Below, piece by piece: positions 1 to 10,875 of a DNA stretch of 28,382 nucleotides. Numbering within the stretch: position 1 is the first letter of the stretch; every line of letters starts with the position of its first letter. Location of the stretch: contig JAPEUG010000019.1 of the NCBI GenBank assembly GCA_026025795.1, positions 62,001 to 90,382 of the forward strand, given 5' to 3'. The position numbers and the translations under genes were made by a program. The notes beneath the pieces are model-generated. The model was not told where the DNA came from. It searched no databases and saw only the letters and a program-made list of their open reading frames with translations. Source of the stretch: Thelocarpon superellum. Taxonomy: Eukaryota.

Positions 1-22
1 ACACATGCAGTCATACAGCCCT

Positions 23-3000
23 CTAAGCATTTCCGTCTCCCTCCGTTCCTCCCGATCGCTCTCTCACCCACGTAGCAGCGCGATTCTCAACCTCCTGCAC
101 CCTGCCCGTCGAAGAAGGCAAACGTACCTCAAACTCGCGCCATCGTTTGAAGAATGCGCGGGCCGGCTTGGGTTTCAAGCCCGGCAGAGCGACGATCCGC
201 GCGAAAAGGTTGCGGATCCTTTCGTCTCTGCCTCCCTCGTCCTGCCCTTCTCCGCCTTCCCTGTCTCCTTTCTGATCAGTTCTCCCCGTCTTGCTCATCT
301 CTAGATCGAGTAGTACGTTCCACAGATCCCATCGCTTGGGGAAATTGGATAACACGCCCTCGAATAGGGTACGGCCTCGTTCAGCGTCGCCGCTGGCCGA
401 GTGGAATTCAAGCGAGGCGAATTTTGTCGTCGTGGCCACGTGTGTGTGCGGTGGAAGGGCTTGCAAGGCTCGTGGGAGGAGAGATCGTGCCGTCCCCGGC
501 GACGATAGCGTCTGCATGTGGAAGGTCGCTGCGTTATACCAGATCGATGGCGACTGGGAGAATTTCTTGACCATGGCATCGAACAGGCTCTTGGCTTGCT
601 GTTCTGTTGTTAGTGGAGTGGATCCTGAGGTGAAATGCGATAATCTCACCTCCTGCTTCCCCGATTGAATGTAGATGCTCGCCAGTCGTTCATGAACCTC
701 TTGCGCGTCATTATACTGACATGCTCGCTTGAACACGTCCTCCACCGTGTCGTCGCTGCCGTAGGTGTTCTCGAGGTTGAGCAAACCAACCCACACATTC
801 AGCTTCTCCGTCTCCTCGCGCACGTTGATCGTCTGAAGAGCACGCTCTGCTGTCTCTCGAGCCTGACCAACCTCGCTGAGCTGCAGGTAAGAAGCCATGT
901 ATTGGAGCCAGAGAGAGGACGAGTCCGGTTGTCCGAGCAAGAGACGTTCAAAGTCCTCGCTCGATCGAGGCCCTTCGGCATCGAGCTCACCCGTTTGATC
1001 AACCTTGATCTCCGCTCGCCGTCGTTTCTTCCGTTTCGGCGCGTTGGTTTCGTCGTCGTCCATTTCCGACTCCAATCCCGTGCCATCCTGGTCGAGAACC
1101 GACCCAGTCCAATCAAAGCCTGTGGCGCGGAGTCCATTCCGCGGCTTCGTCATTCCTGTAGGCTCCTCGACCGCCACTCCGCCCCCTTCCACGCCTTCGT
1201 CCCTGTCTTCACCCTCCACTTCTTCCCCCTCAAACTCTTCATCTGCATCTCCTAACATGACTCCATCCATACCATCCTCGGAATCGTCACTTTCATCAAT
1301 TGCTTCATTCCCGTCAACGAAATAGGACGCTTTCAACCCAAAGCTGATTCGTCGCTTCTCTGGTTCCACCTTCAACACTTTTGCCTTGACCACATCTCCC
1401 TCCTCGTAGAGTTTCGTGATATCGCCCACTCGCTGATCGGCAATCTCGCTGCGATGACACAGTCCACTGACGTTGGCGGAATGATCGACCACGATGAAGA
1501 CACCGAATGCCTCCACCTTTCGTACTTTTCCGGTGACGACTTGTCCCACCGAGATGTCGTCAAAGGTGGTAGGAGGAACGTAATCCTTATCAATCACCGA
1601 AACCTTCAAACTCATCTGCGCGTGATTGAGCAGAGAATCGACCGCGGTGATCTTTCCCTTGACGAGTTGGCCCTCTTCAAAGCCTGACTTCCAATCTTTA
1701 ATGAACGAGTCCGATAGGTCCGAGACGCGAACGTAAGCCGTCACCTGCGGCCCCAGGCTGACAAACACTCCGGTATCGGCGACATTCTTGATGAATCCTC
1801 GGACCACGTCGTTGACCTTGAGTTGATCGATCGCCAAGATCTCGGGGTCTGTGACAGGGAAGGACGAGTTCAGCACCCGAGAGGGTCGGGTAGACAGCCA
1901 CATCTTCTGGTTTGAGACATCCAGCTCCGTCACGCACACCCGTACAATCTCGTTCTTCCGGTAGCCGGTCGGATTGGCCTTGGAGTAGTCGTCCGCCAGG
2001 TCCGTCAGCCCGACATGGCCCGAGGTGGTCTCACTTAGCTGGACGATGATGGATCGCTCCGTCACTTTGGTGACGCGTCCGGGGATCACCATGCCCTTGG
2101 CCAAACTTGCAAATCCGGTCGTACTCGAAGTCATGGATCGCGCCGAGAGGTCAAGCCGATGGCTTGCGACATCGACGTGCGTGACGTGCACCTTGAGCGC
2201 CGATCCCACGGGAAAGTTCTTCTCCATGTCTTGCAGCAGCGACACGTCATCCGACACGTCGAGATGTCGCAGGCGCCCACGCACATTCGGTGACAAGTTG
2301 ACCCAGAGGTAGTCTTGGGCGATATTATTGATAAAGGCCACCCATGTGGAACCCACCGCCACCTTATTGAGGGTCAAATAATCGGGGTTGAATGAGGTTA
2401 GTTCACTGGGCTTCGCCGAGAGCTCAAACACCGGCACCTTCGCGCCGCGATGCGTAATGGGCAGGAAGCGGTGATTTCGCGAATCATGAAGGCCGAGAAT
2501 GCGGACAAGTAGGACGTCGTGAGTGTGGAAGCGGCGGAGGGGGTGCTTCCGGTCTTTGATTTCATCCCACGAATCAAACACTTGCGAGACGTCTATTCGT
2601 CCCTGCACGTTGTCCGCCAGCTTCACGTTGATCTGGGTCGCCTTGATGGAGACGATTCGCGCCTTCGTGAGCTGTCCCAGGGACCATTGTTCCGGAGATG
2701 TCACGCTGGGGTCAACGGGGTTGATGATTGCCTCCGTCGAGCCTGTCTTTGATGACGATGCCGTCACCTCGTCCGTCATGGACAGGACGAAGCGTTGCTG
2801 GGAGTGGTCGAGCGATTCGACCGCGGCCGTAATTGATTGGTTTCGACGCAGGCCAAAGTCTGGCAGGTGACGAGACTCCTCGGGCAGATTTCGACCCGGC
2901 AGGATGCTCGTGAGATCAGCGGCAAACCGGACAAAGACGTCGGTCGGGGTCACGTTGCTGACGAAGCCATGCACGATGCTGCCTTCGGTGATATCCTCGA

Positions 3001-5589
3001 ACGAAGTCACCAAGCGGCCCGCCTGCGCATCGGCCACCAAGCTGGGTTTCCCGGACAGGATGATGAGTCGCTTCGCCTCCTTCTTCTGCAGGACTACGAG
3101 ATCATTGAGCGTCTGGCCAACGCGCACTCGTTTATGTGCCGACGCATTCTTCTGCTCCGACCCATCTGTCAGGTGTCCGATGACCATGGTCGCTTTCAGA
3201 CTCGACCCAACAAGCTCCAGGGTGAGATCGTCAGCGGATTTCTCCGACACCTTGCCACTCACGACGCTTCCGATCTTCAGCGCCTTCAGCTCGGCCATCT
3301 GTTGCTGTCCCAGCGCGGTGAGGTCGCGGCAGGAGACTGTCATCTTCTGGGCCCGCGCATCGACCGACAAGACATGGACCGTGACCACCTGACCCAGGCG
3401 AAAATGCTGGACGGGATCTTGAATGTAGGCTTCACTCATCTCCGAGACCGGGAGGAAGGCTCGAACAGAGGCGTAGAACTGCACCACGGCACCAGAGGGC
3501 AGAATCTTGACCAGTGTGCCAGGAGACTGTGCATTGGGCATCACCTCATCGTACGACGTGAAGATGGGCGCATCGGAGTGGACGAGAGACTTCTTTAAGG
3601 TGAGCCGCAGCTGTCGTTTTTCGGGATCGGTGGAGAGAACGCGGGTGGTGACGGTCATGCCCTCGCGGAATTTGCGCTCGGGATGTGACAGGGCGACGTC
3701 AGCCATGTGCATGTCCGGCACGAGACCCGTGATACCGTCGGCAAGATTGACCAAGAGTCCGCCAACGCCGTCCGCGTTGAGCATGAGTTTCTCGACCGTA
3801 CCCTTGACAACCTGGCCAACCTCCACATCCTCGAGGCGCAGAAAGGGCTGCTGGAGCACGCGCTCCTGCATGGACGCCAGATAGGTGGCATCCATGGGAT
3901 TATATCCGTAGATGCGGGCGGTCTGGATCGATCCTACCTTGTACGGCCCCGTTGTCTCTGCGAGGGTGTCGACCTTCTTGTCGGCGATTTTTGAGATGTG
4001 GACAAACGCCGGCACACCCTGGATCCCGGTGTCGAGGAATAGCCCAAAGCCAGGGACCACCTTGACGACCTTGGCTTGTTCCATGGTGGAGGAGAGCGGA
4101 AGAACGTCGACGGGAGGATGCGACTGTCCATCACGTGGTACGGTAAGGGGCGAGAGGGCGAGCAGATGATGCAACAGGGAGAGACCCAGCTTCTTGGGTT
4201 CCACGGTGGGAAAGGTACAGACGATGCGGCCCTTGACCTTTTGTCCCACGGCAAATCGCTTGGTGAGAGCCTTGGCGGATGCACATGCGCCTGAGTGCAC
4301 GAGGTCGGCGGTGACGTCCAGCAAGCCCATGACTTTTCCCGCGAGACCTGTACTGGTCACCTCTGCGACCAGAAACTCGACGGCGGTGCCCGGGAGGAAG
4401 GCATCGATTGTGGGTGCGGTACTGAGGAAGGCGGCTTTCTTGAGATGGCCCATCTTCAGTGGATCCGCGGACAATTTGACGGTGTTGCCGTTGGCACTTT
4501 GGCCCGACACCATGCAAAGGACGACGGCACCTGGCTCCAGCGGAGGATGTGAGGAGGAACGGCCGGTCTGCTTGGAGGACATGAAGCCCCGCAGGGAGGC
4601 ATCGCCCAGGCCCACGTTCATGACGAGACCGTGATCTTCCACACTGACGACTGAAGCCTGGACGGTGTTGTTGACAATCAACTCGGACCTTGACAGACCT
4701 TCATTGACCAGCCGCGGGTTCACCGACAACTCGATCCGTCTCTTTGCCGGCACCGTCACCGGTCCCGTGGCCGAGGCCTCGTCCGTGGTGGACGTGACAC
4801 GGGCGCGGAAGAATTGGCCGAGTGTGAACAGCGTGTTGAGATCAAGATCATCGTCTCTTGTGGATCCAGCATCGTCGCCCTCCTGATCATCGAGGTCGCT
4901 GTCATCCTGAGCCAGGAGTCTCTCTAGCCGTTCGTTCACCTCGTCAGATACCGCGGTCAGTGGGATGTACCCCGTCAGGTTGTTCGGGAGGGCCAAAGCG
5001 ACATCATGCCGGTTGATTTCGACCACTTGGCCCAAGATTAGAGAGCCGGGTACCAGACGCTTTGCCTCATCAGCATTCATCCGCGGCAGTGACTTGGATT
5101 GCTTACTCGGTAGCCTAGGCCTTCAATCCGTACGCTTGGCTCCTCTGCCTTTGGGACTGTTTCCTTCTTCGACTTGGATCGAGACTTGGTCTTATGCTTC
5201 ACCGATGTCGGCCGTGACTCGGCCGCATCGCCGTCGTCATCATCATCTTCCGCCGGTCGATTGCGAGATGCCTTGGGCTGACTTTGCTCGAACAGGACGT
5301 CGCGGGTAGCATCAGCCTTGATCTGTTTGTGCTCCAACGGCGTCAGGACGCTGGCGCCGCCACGGGGAAAGGCCGCTTCTTCTCCGCGGATGAGGGAGGA
5401 GGTAATGGGAGTCTTGTGGATCGGCGGTGGGGCGGACTTGGTGGCGGCATGCAGCCCCGCATCCTTCTCGGGCGGGAGCGAGGTAAATGTTCTGGACTTT
5501 TTTCGAGCATGACCGGCTTCTGGCGCGGTCTTGGAATTGGGGAGCTTTGCATCTTTCAGCACACTACTTTTGCGCTTCAGGGGCGCCAT
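23..5589 (-). CDS. RRP5: rRNA biogenesis protein Rrp5 (tandem S1 RNA-binding domains + C-terminal TPR/HAT repeats); 3 exons 5589-5107, 5059-650, 598-23; ~1822 aa
   Basis: The N-terminus has the [17 protein letters not shown] motif, followed by many S1 repeats (e.g. [29 protein letters not shown]). The C-terminus has [20 protein letters not shown] and [23 protein letters not shown]. Intron 5106-5060 (GTAAGC..GCTGAT..AAG, 47 nt) joins ORFs 5077-5589 and 23-5080 in frame. A second in-frame intron lies at 649-599 (GTGAGA..CTAAC..CAG, 51 nt). Confidence 0.96.
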
Positions 5590-6261
5590 CAGCTACTGTG
5601 GGCACAGTGGCTAGCACTGGATCTCTGTCCAGGTCGACATCTTGTTGACGGAGACAGAACGGTCACTGATGGCCATGGCTGAATCCAGGTCCAACGAGAT
5701 TTCGTACTGTCCGCCAAGGAAAGATGTGGGCGACTCTCCGGCCGACGTAGTGCCAAGATTTCGCCACGTGACGAGGTTCCTCCGTCCATGTTGAGGGCCA
5801 ATGGTGGCTCTCGCTTCGATAGCGGTTTGTATGAAGGTACAATGTGCGGCAATGGTAGTACCATCGTAGAGTACTACTCTTAGGTGGACCCGCTTTGGGG
5901 TCCACTGATAGCGTCCAAGCTCCCTGGAGCTCGCCGTAGCCACGCTCTCCTAATGTCTTAGCGAAGCCACTCACCGAGCCGCAGTTACCTACAGCTAGCT
6001 ACAGTTGGCTGCAAGTTACGTGCCAGTTACGTGCCTCGTGTCACGACGCGATCCACACGCGAAGGGAGGGACTCTGCCAGTGGCCAATGGAGCCCGACCC
6101 CGGCTCACCACCTCGCCGACCCTCTGCCTCCCTGTTCCGTCCATCATGATGTGGCGACCGTGATCGTGTCAAGATGTCTACAGGGTTCGAATGCGAATGC
6201 GAATATTGTTGCGAGTCACTGTAGCCGGGACGTGGACCTGTGCCTTGTATGATCAATCCCC
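5590..6261. promoter_or_regulatory. Bidirectional promoter region RRP5/CDT2 with an E-box (CACGTGAC 5765-5772) and two MCB-like ACGCGA sites (6046-6051, 6057-6062)
   Basis: The two genes are head to head and the motifs are read directly from the sequence. cdt2 is an established MBF/MCB target in fission yeast; function here is inferred. Confidence 0.5.
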
Positions 6262-8526
6262 ATGTTGTCCCCTCATACGGCCTCGTCGCCGGCCACGGCC
6301 CCGTCGGAGAATGGCGAGGGTGGCAAGCCCAAGAAAGCTCCGTCGGTCACGCCCCGCACCTTTCGCCGCTTCTTCACCCCTCGATCCTCCGTCACCAAGT
6401 CCGGCCACCTCTCGGCGGCGCGTCAGGCGCTGCGCGATATCACCACCCCCGCGCTGAATGGTCCTCATCGTCGCCACCACGCTGTTCTGGGGCCGCTTGC
6501 CCCTTTCCCTGACCTCTCCGTACCAGATGGCAAGAACGAAGGTGCACACCCAGCTCCGCACGGGGAGAAGAGACGGATTGCTTTGTCGCCCGATCCCTTG
6601 AGCCCCGACCATCGTGCGTCACGCAAACGACGGACGACCACGGCCACGGCCACGGCCACGGCGTCCTTTATTGTGGCGGAGGACCGAGACGGGCACGCAT
6701 CATCACAAACCACACTGGACCTGGACGACTCGGCGGACGAAGATGATGTACATCAAACAACAAGGAGGGCTCATGCACTCGACCACCGACTCCCTCGAAG
6801 ATCCGTCGCCAGCTTCCGCGAAACGTCCATCAGCGCTCGCCTCCTTCAGCGGAGCTTTGAGGGGCTTGGCGGCCGATCGATCCCATCTTCCTGCGCCTCA
6901 TGGCAGAATGAAACGGCCGATTTCTTCAGCCGAGCGGACGATTCGCATGCATGCACGAGTGTGGCACGGCCTGGTCGAGTCCCACCCTTCTGTGCGGCCA
7001 GCTGCAACACCAATGCCCTAGTGGCCGTCGGCGACGAGCAAGGTGGGATCCGACTACTCGAGTCGGCCAAGGCCATGGGCGGTGACGCCTTCCTGGGCTT
7101 CCAGGCGCACGACAATGCCATTTTGGACCTGTCCTTTTCCTTCGACGACAAATTCTTGGCCACGGCATCAGGAGACCAAACGGCGAAAGTCATCGACATG
7201 CGCAGCCAGCGAGCGGTGGCGTCATTGGAAGGGCACACCTCGTCGGTCAAACAGGTCCGCTTCCAGCCAGGTAGCGGCTCGAACCACATCGTCGCGACGT
7301 CGAGCCGCGATGCCAACGTTCACATTTGGGATCTGCGATGCAGAGGCACCGACGGGCCCGTTCGTCGGCTGTACACGTCTTTGACGCCCGCGGATGAGTG
7401 CGCCGAAGCCCTGGGCATAGCCCGCGCCACGACCTATGTATGCCCCGTCAACAGCATGGTCGACGCCCACCCGGAACGTCGACCAGCGCGAAACCAGCAC
7501 GGCCTTGCACCGAGACCCTCCGGGACAGGGTCAACGGAGCCCACCTCTCGAGGCGAGTCGCCCGGCTCATCCGTTACGGCGCTGAGCTTTCTGCCTCCCG
7601 GACGCGAACACCTCCTCTTGACCGCGTCGGAAGGTAACGCGTGCATCAAGCTCTGGGACCTGCGTACCTCACACCACCCCCGCCGCCGCGGACGCGCCGT
7701 GCCCCTCTCTACCACGCGCCAACCCGACAGCCACGACAAGTACCGTCACTTCGGCGTCAACGCGCTCGCCCTGAGCGGCGACGGCGCACGTCTATACAGC
7801 CTGTGTCGCGACAACACCGTGTACGCGTATTCGAGCAACCACCTCATTCTAGGCCACGCGCCCGAGCTCTCCTCCCTGAACAATCGACCCCGGCGCTCCG
7901 GCGGCAACGGCAAAGAAGGCCTCGGCCCTCTGTACGGCTTCCGGCACGAGCAAATGCACACGGCCACCTTCTACGTCAAGCTGAGTCTGCGCAAGGCGCA
8001 GGACGACCGCAGCGAGCTGCTCGCAATCGGCAGCAGCGACGGATGCGCCGTCTTGTTCCCGACGCACGAAAGCTACCTGAACGAATCCGCGTACCCGCCG
8101 AAATCATCCCCTTTTGCCACCTCCACCACCATCTCTCCCACAGCACCAATAGACACGCCTTCACCCACGCCGCCCAGTAGTGGTACGCGCGGCGCGCTCA
8201 CCCGCTCCACGAGCGGCACGGGGCTAGGACCAGGGCAGGGGCAGGGGCAAGGGCTCGCCGCAAGGCTCCAGGACACGATCCCAATCTACGGGCACGGCAC
8301 GGTTTTAGGACACGGCCACACGCGCGAAGTGACGGGCGTGGCGTGGACGGTGCGCGGCGACCTTGTGAGCGTGGGCGATGATTTCCTGGCGCGCTGTTGG
8401 CGCGAAGACGGAGCCGAGGCGCGCGATCTGAGACGTTATGCGGGGCTCGAGGGTCGTGGGTGGGGTTGTGGATGGGCGGAGGTCGAGGAGGGGTTTGATG
8501 ACGATGAGGATGAGGATGGAAGTTGA
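6262..8526 (+). CDS. CDT2: WD40-repeat protein Cdt2/DTL, substrate receptor of the CRL4(Cdt2) ubiquitin ligase; 754 aa, apparently intronless
   Basis: WD40 repeats include AHDNAILDLSFS..LATASGDQT, GHTSSVKQVRF..SRDANVHIWDLR, IKLWDLR and GHTREVTGVAW. It also has the TFYVK motif typical of Cdt2/DTL and the fungal N-terminal TPRTFRRFFTPR. Confidence 0.9.
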   Translation: MLSPHTASSPATAPSENGEGGKPKKAPSVTPRTFRRFFTPRSSVTKSGHLSAARQALRDITTPALNGPHRRHHAVLGPLAPFPDLSVPDGKNEGAHPAPHGEKRRIALSPDPLSPDHRASRKRRTTTATATATASFIVAEDRDGHASSQTTLDLDDSADEDDVHQTTRRAHALDHRLPRRSVASFRETSISARLLQRSFEGLGGRSIPSSCASWQNETADFFSRADDSHACTSVARPGRVPPFCAASCNTNALVAVGDEQGGIRLLESAKAMGGDAFLGFQAHDNAILDLSFSFDDKFLATASGDQTAKVIDMRSQRAVASLEGHTSSVKQVRFQPGSGSNHIVATSSRDANVHIWDLRCRGTDGPVRRLYTSLTPADECAEALGIARATTYVCPVNSMVDAHPERRPARNQHGLAPRPSGTGSTEPTSRGESPGSSVTALSFLPPGREHLLLTASEGNACIKLWDLRTSHHPRRRGRAVPLSTTRQPDSHDKYRHFGVNALALSGDGARLYSLCRDNTVYAYSSNHLILGHAPELSSLNNRPRRSGGNGKEGLGPLYGFRHEQMHTATFYVKLSLRKAQDDRSELLAIGSSDGCAVLFPTHESYLNESAYPPKSSPFATSTTISPTAPIDTPSPTPPSSGTRGALTRSTSGTGLGPGQGQGQGLAARLQDTIPIYGHGTVLGHGHTREVTGVAWTVRGDLVSVGDDFLARCWREDGAEARDLRRYAGLEGRGWGCGWAEVEEGFDDDEDEDGS

Positions 8527-8819
8527 TGAGGCGAAGACGGACGGCGTCCGTCTGACGACGAGCATGGTCTTGCGGCGCTCGTTTGGTTCAAAATGGCGGA
8601 CTTTGCTTCCATGCGTGTGGATGCGACAGGACAGAACAGGGCAGGACAGATACCCCTGCCGTTGGGCGTCTACTCGTACACCTAGATATAGAGCCTCTGA
8701 ATTGGTGCTCCCCACATCCCTTTGTGATTGGAAGAATGCAAGATGCCCCCGTTCCTTTGACGCCACCAATAAGTCATCCGGTCATGAACGCCCTTTCTCG
8801 TGATATTAGTCGGAGTCCA

Positions 8820-9959
8820 TCACGGAAGCAAGGGCTTCTCGAGAGACATGGCACTCAGCGGCCAGTCCAGCCAATGGTGCAGCGAGGGGTCCAGCATCCG
8901 GTGAACGGTGGAGAGGATGCGAGCAGACCAGCCGTGGATCCACCAGTAGGAATCGAGGCGATGGAGGAGCACGCTGTACTGGGCGAGGATGATGAGGGCC
9001 TTGGCGTGGCGTTGCTCGAGCAGCTCCACGTAGCTGGGGAGCACGGCGCTCGGCCACTTCAGGCCGTTGTTGACGCGGCTCAGATCTGGATCGGTAGATT
9101 CCATGCGCTGGAAGTTCTCCTCCAGTTCGTCGAGGGCGCTGGTGCACGCCTTCTTGACGGTGCTGGATTCGTCCGCGTCAACGCAGTGCTGGCGAAAGGC
9201 GGCAAGGTGCTCATGTACGTCCGTGGGTGTGGTAAGGGGTTGTCCGGTGGCCTCGCCGGCCTGGAGCCGGCAGAGCAGCCGCAGCTGGCCCGCTTGGATC
9301 CACTCCCACGTGGGAAGTAGCAGGGAACGGCTCCCGCGGATCAATTGCAGCCAGCCCGTTGCGCTCGTCACACTTTCCAAGAGCCCCAGGGTGTCTGGAG
9401 ACGTGGGCGAGGCAAAGGCCAAGATCACCAAGAGCGCAGACAAGGCGAAGAGGGTGTTGCAATTGGCGGGCCTGACGTGGGCTAGCGCAGGGCGAAAGAA
9501 GCCCAGCGCCGCGTCCTGATGCATCGTGGCTTCAATCTGGTAGTGGCGGGCGGCATCGGGTCGAAGCATGGCCAGGTGCTGTGCCGAGAGGGCGAGGATA
9601 CCTCGTAGCAGAAAGGGCTGGCTGAAGCCTTCTTGCGGCACCACGATCTGCCAGATGCTTTGCACCGCAGGGAGGTCGCTGAGGGTGAAGCAGGTCACCG
9701 TGCTGAAATGATGGAGCAGCTCAAGATCGGTCACGCGCGGCAGCATCGCCAGCTCCGGGGTCAGCGTGCGTGCGGGACTGCAGGATTGCGAGACCAGAGA
9801 GGCCTGGGAAGCGTTCGTCGTGGCGGGGGAGGGCGGGGCCCTGTCCGACCCCTCTCGACGCTCCTTTCGCGCACGTTGAGCATATCGACGCTTCGACGCT
9901 CGTTGAGCGTTCAGTGCCTCTTCCTCCGTGCGATGAAGCCGAGGACGACCGGCAGGCAT
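8820..9959 (-). CDS. Upc2/Ecm22-like fungal transcription-factor regulatory (sterol-binding-type) domain protein lacking a Zn2Cys6 cluster; 379 aa, intronless
   Basis: The ATG at 9959 is in a strong CACCATG context (the track's start at 10010 is TTG). Motifs DLELLHHFST, IWQIVVPQEGFSQPFLLRGILALSAQHL, ANCNTLFALSALL, WLQLIRG, WP and ALIILAQYSVLLHRLDSYWWIHGW..WLDWP are typical of Upc2-like C6 proteins. Confidence 0.85.
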   Translation of the reverse strand: MPAGRPRLHRTEEEALNAQRASKRRYAQRARKERREGSDRAPPSPATTNASQASLVSQSCSPARTLTPELAMLPRVTDLELLHHFSTVTCFTLSDLPAVQSIWQIVVPQEGFSQPFLLRGILALSAQHLAMLRPDAARHYQIEATMHQDAALGFFRPALAHVRPANCNTLFALSALLVILAFASPTSPDTLGLLESVTSATGWLQLIRGSRSLLLPTWEWIQAGQLRLLCRLQAGEATGQPLTTPTDVHEHLAAFRQHCVDADESSTVKKACTSALDELEENFQRMESTDPDLSRVNNGLKWPSAVLPSYVELLEQRHAKALIILAQYSVLLHRLDSYWWIHGWSARILSTVHRMLDPSLHHWLDWPLSAMSLEKPLLP

Positions 9960-10554
9960 GGTGCACGGGCACAGGCCAGATGGGCTGTGGTCAGGTTGAA
10001 AAGGATTCAAGGCGGCCCCCCGAGGCCATGTCTGTCATCTAGCGGTCTTGCCCCTCATTCGTGGATAGCCACATGTCCGCGGGTACCTGAACGACCTGTA
10101 TGTTCTTTGCCCACACGAGGTGACCTTTCCGCTGTGCGACTGGCTGTCTCCATCGAAGCGAGCAGCCACGGAAATCGCGAGTCTACCAGGAGAGAAATCT
10201 AAGGTACCAGGTACCATACCCGCTATGATGGCCTGTGACCACGAGTCTTCTCGGATGCTCGACGCTTCTCACGGCGCGTCGACCTGACCGGAGCCGCACG
10301 AGGATAGGCGGACTCCGCAGCTCGTGCTCGTACTCGGGACCTTCGATCAGTGTAACCCAGGATTTATATCTACTGTGGGAGCGTCCCTGAGCGTCGAACA
10401 AAATTCGCTTGTTCGTCCCGCATTCCTTGCTCCGCCCTCCGACCGGGGTCTGACCTTGGGAGCCCTCCACAGCCAATGAGGAGCAGGGGGACTGAACTGG
10501 CGAAATAAAGCGCCCTATCAACGGCCGGTCTCCTATCGATCCGGCGAAGGAAGA

Positions 10555-10581
10555 CGGTTGATCCGGTGGATCCGGTTGATC
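10555..10581 (+). repeat. 3 x 9-bp direct repeat CGGT(T/G)GATC in the divergent promoter of the regulator and RTA1
   Basis: The sequence reads CGGTTGATC CGGTGGATC CGGTTGATC. Confidence 0.8.
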
Positions 10582-10875
10582 GCTCCATCTCATACGGGTG
10601 GGAACGCGTCCGCAGGATGGAGTAAGGAGACGATTTGTTGACTGGTCGTACTGGCATGACCTTAGTTGCGTATGTGTGCTCTCGGATCAGCCTTGCATTG
10701 AAGTCTACAGACGTGTAGAAATCTATTCTCTTTGCCTTCTTGATGCATTAAACCGTCTGGGCCGCGAGCTGTTTCCCTACATAAGAAGGACCGAGGCCCT
10801 CCCTGGCCTCTGGGGCCACGCACTCTCTCAGTCTTCACACGCTCATTGTCTCGCACCCGTAGACGAAGACATACC

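Noticed and set aside
154..5309. Many + strand ORFs (up to 253 aa) opposite RRP5
   Set aside because: These are antisense shadow ORFs caused by high GC3 codon bias, with no recognisable motifs.
6183..6200. GGTTCGAATGC resembling a tRNA T-loop/B-box
   Set aside because: There is no T-stem pairing or cloverleaf around it.
8583..9320. 245-aa + strand ORF
   Set aside because: It is mostly antisense to the Upc2-like gene and has no independent coding signal.
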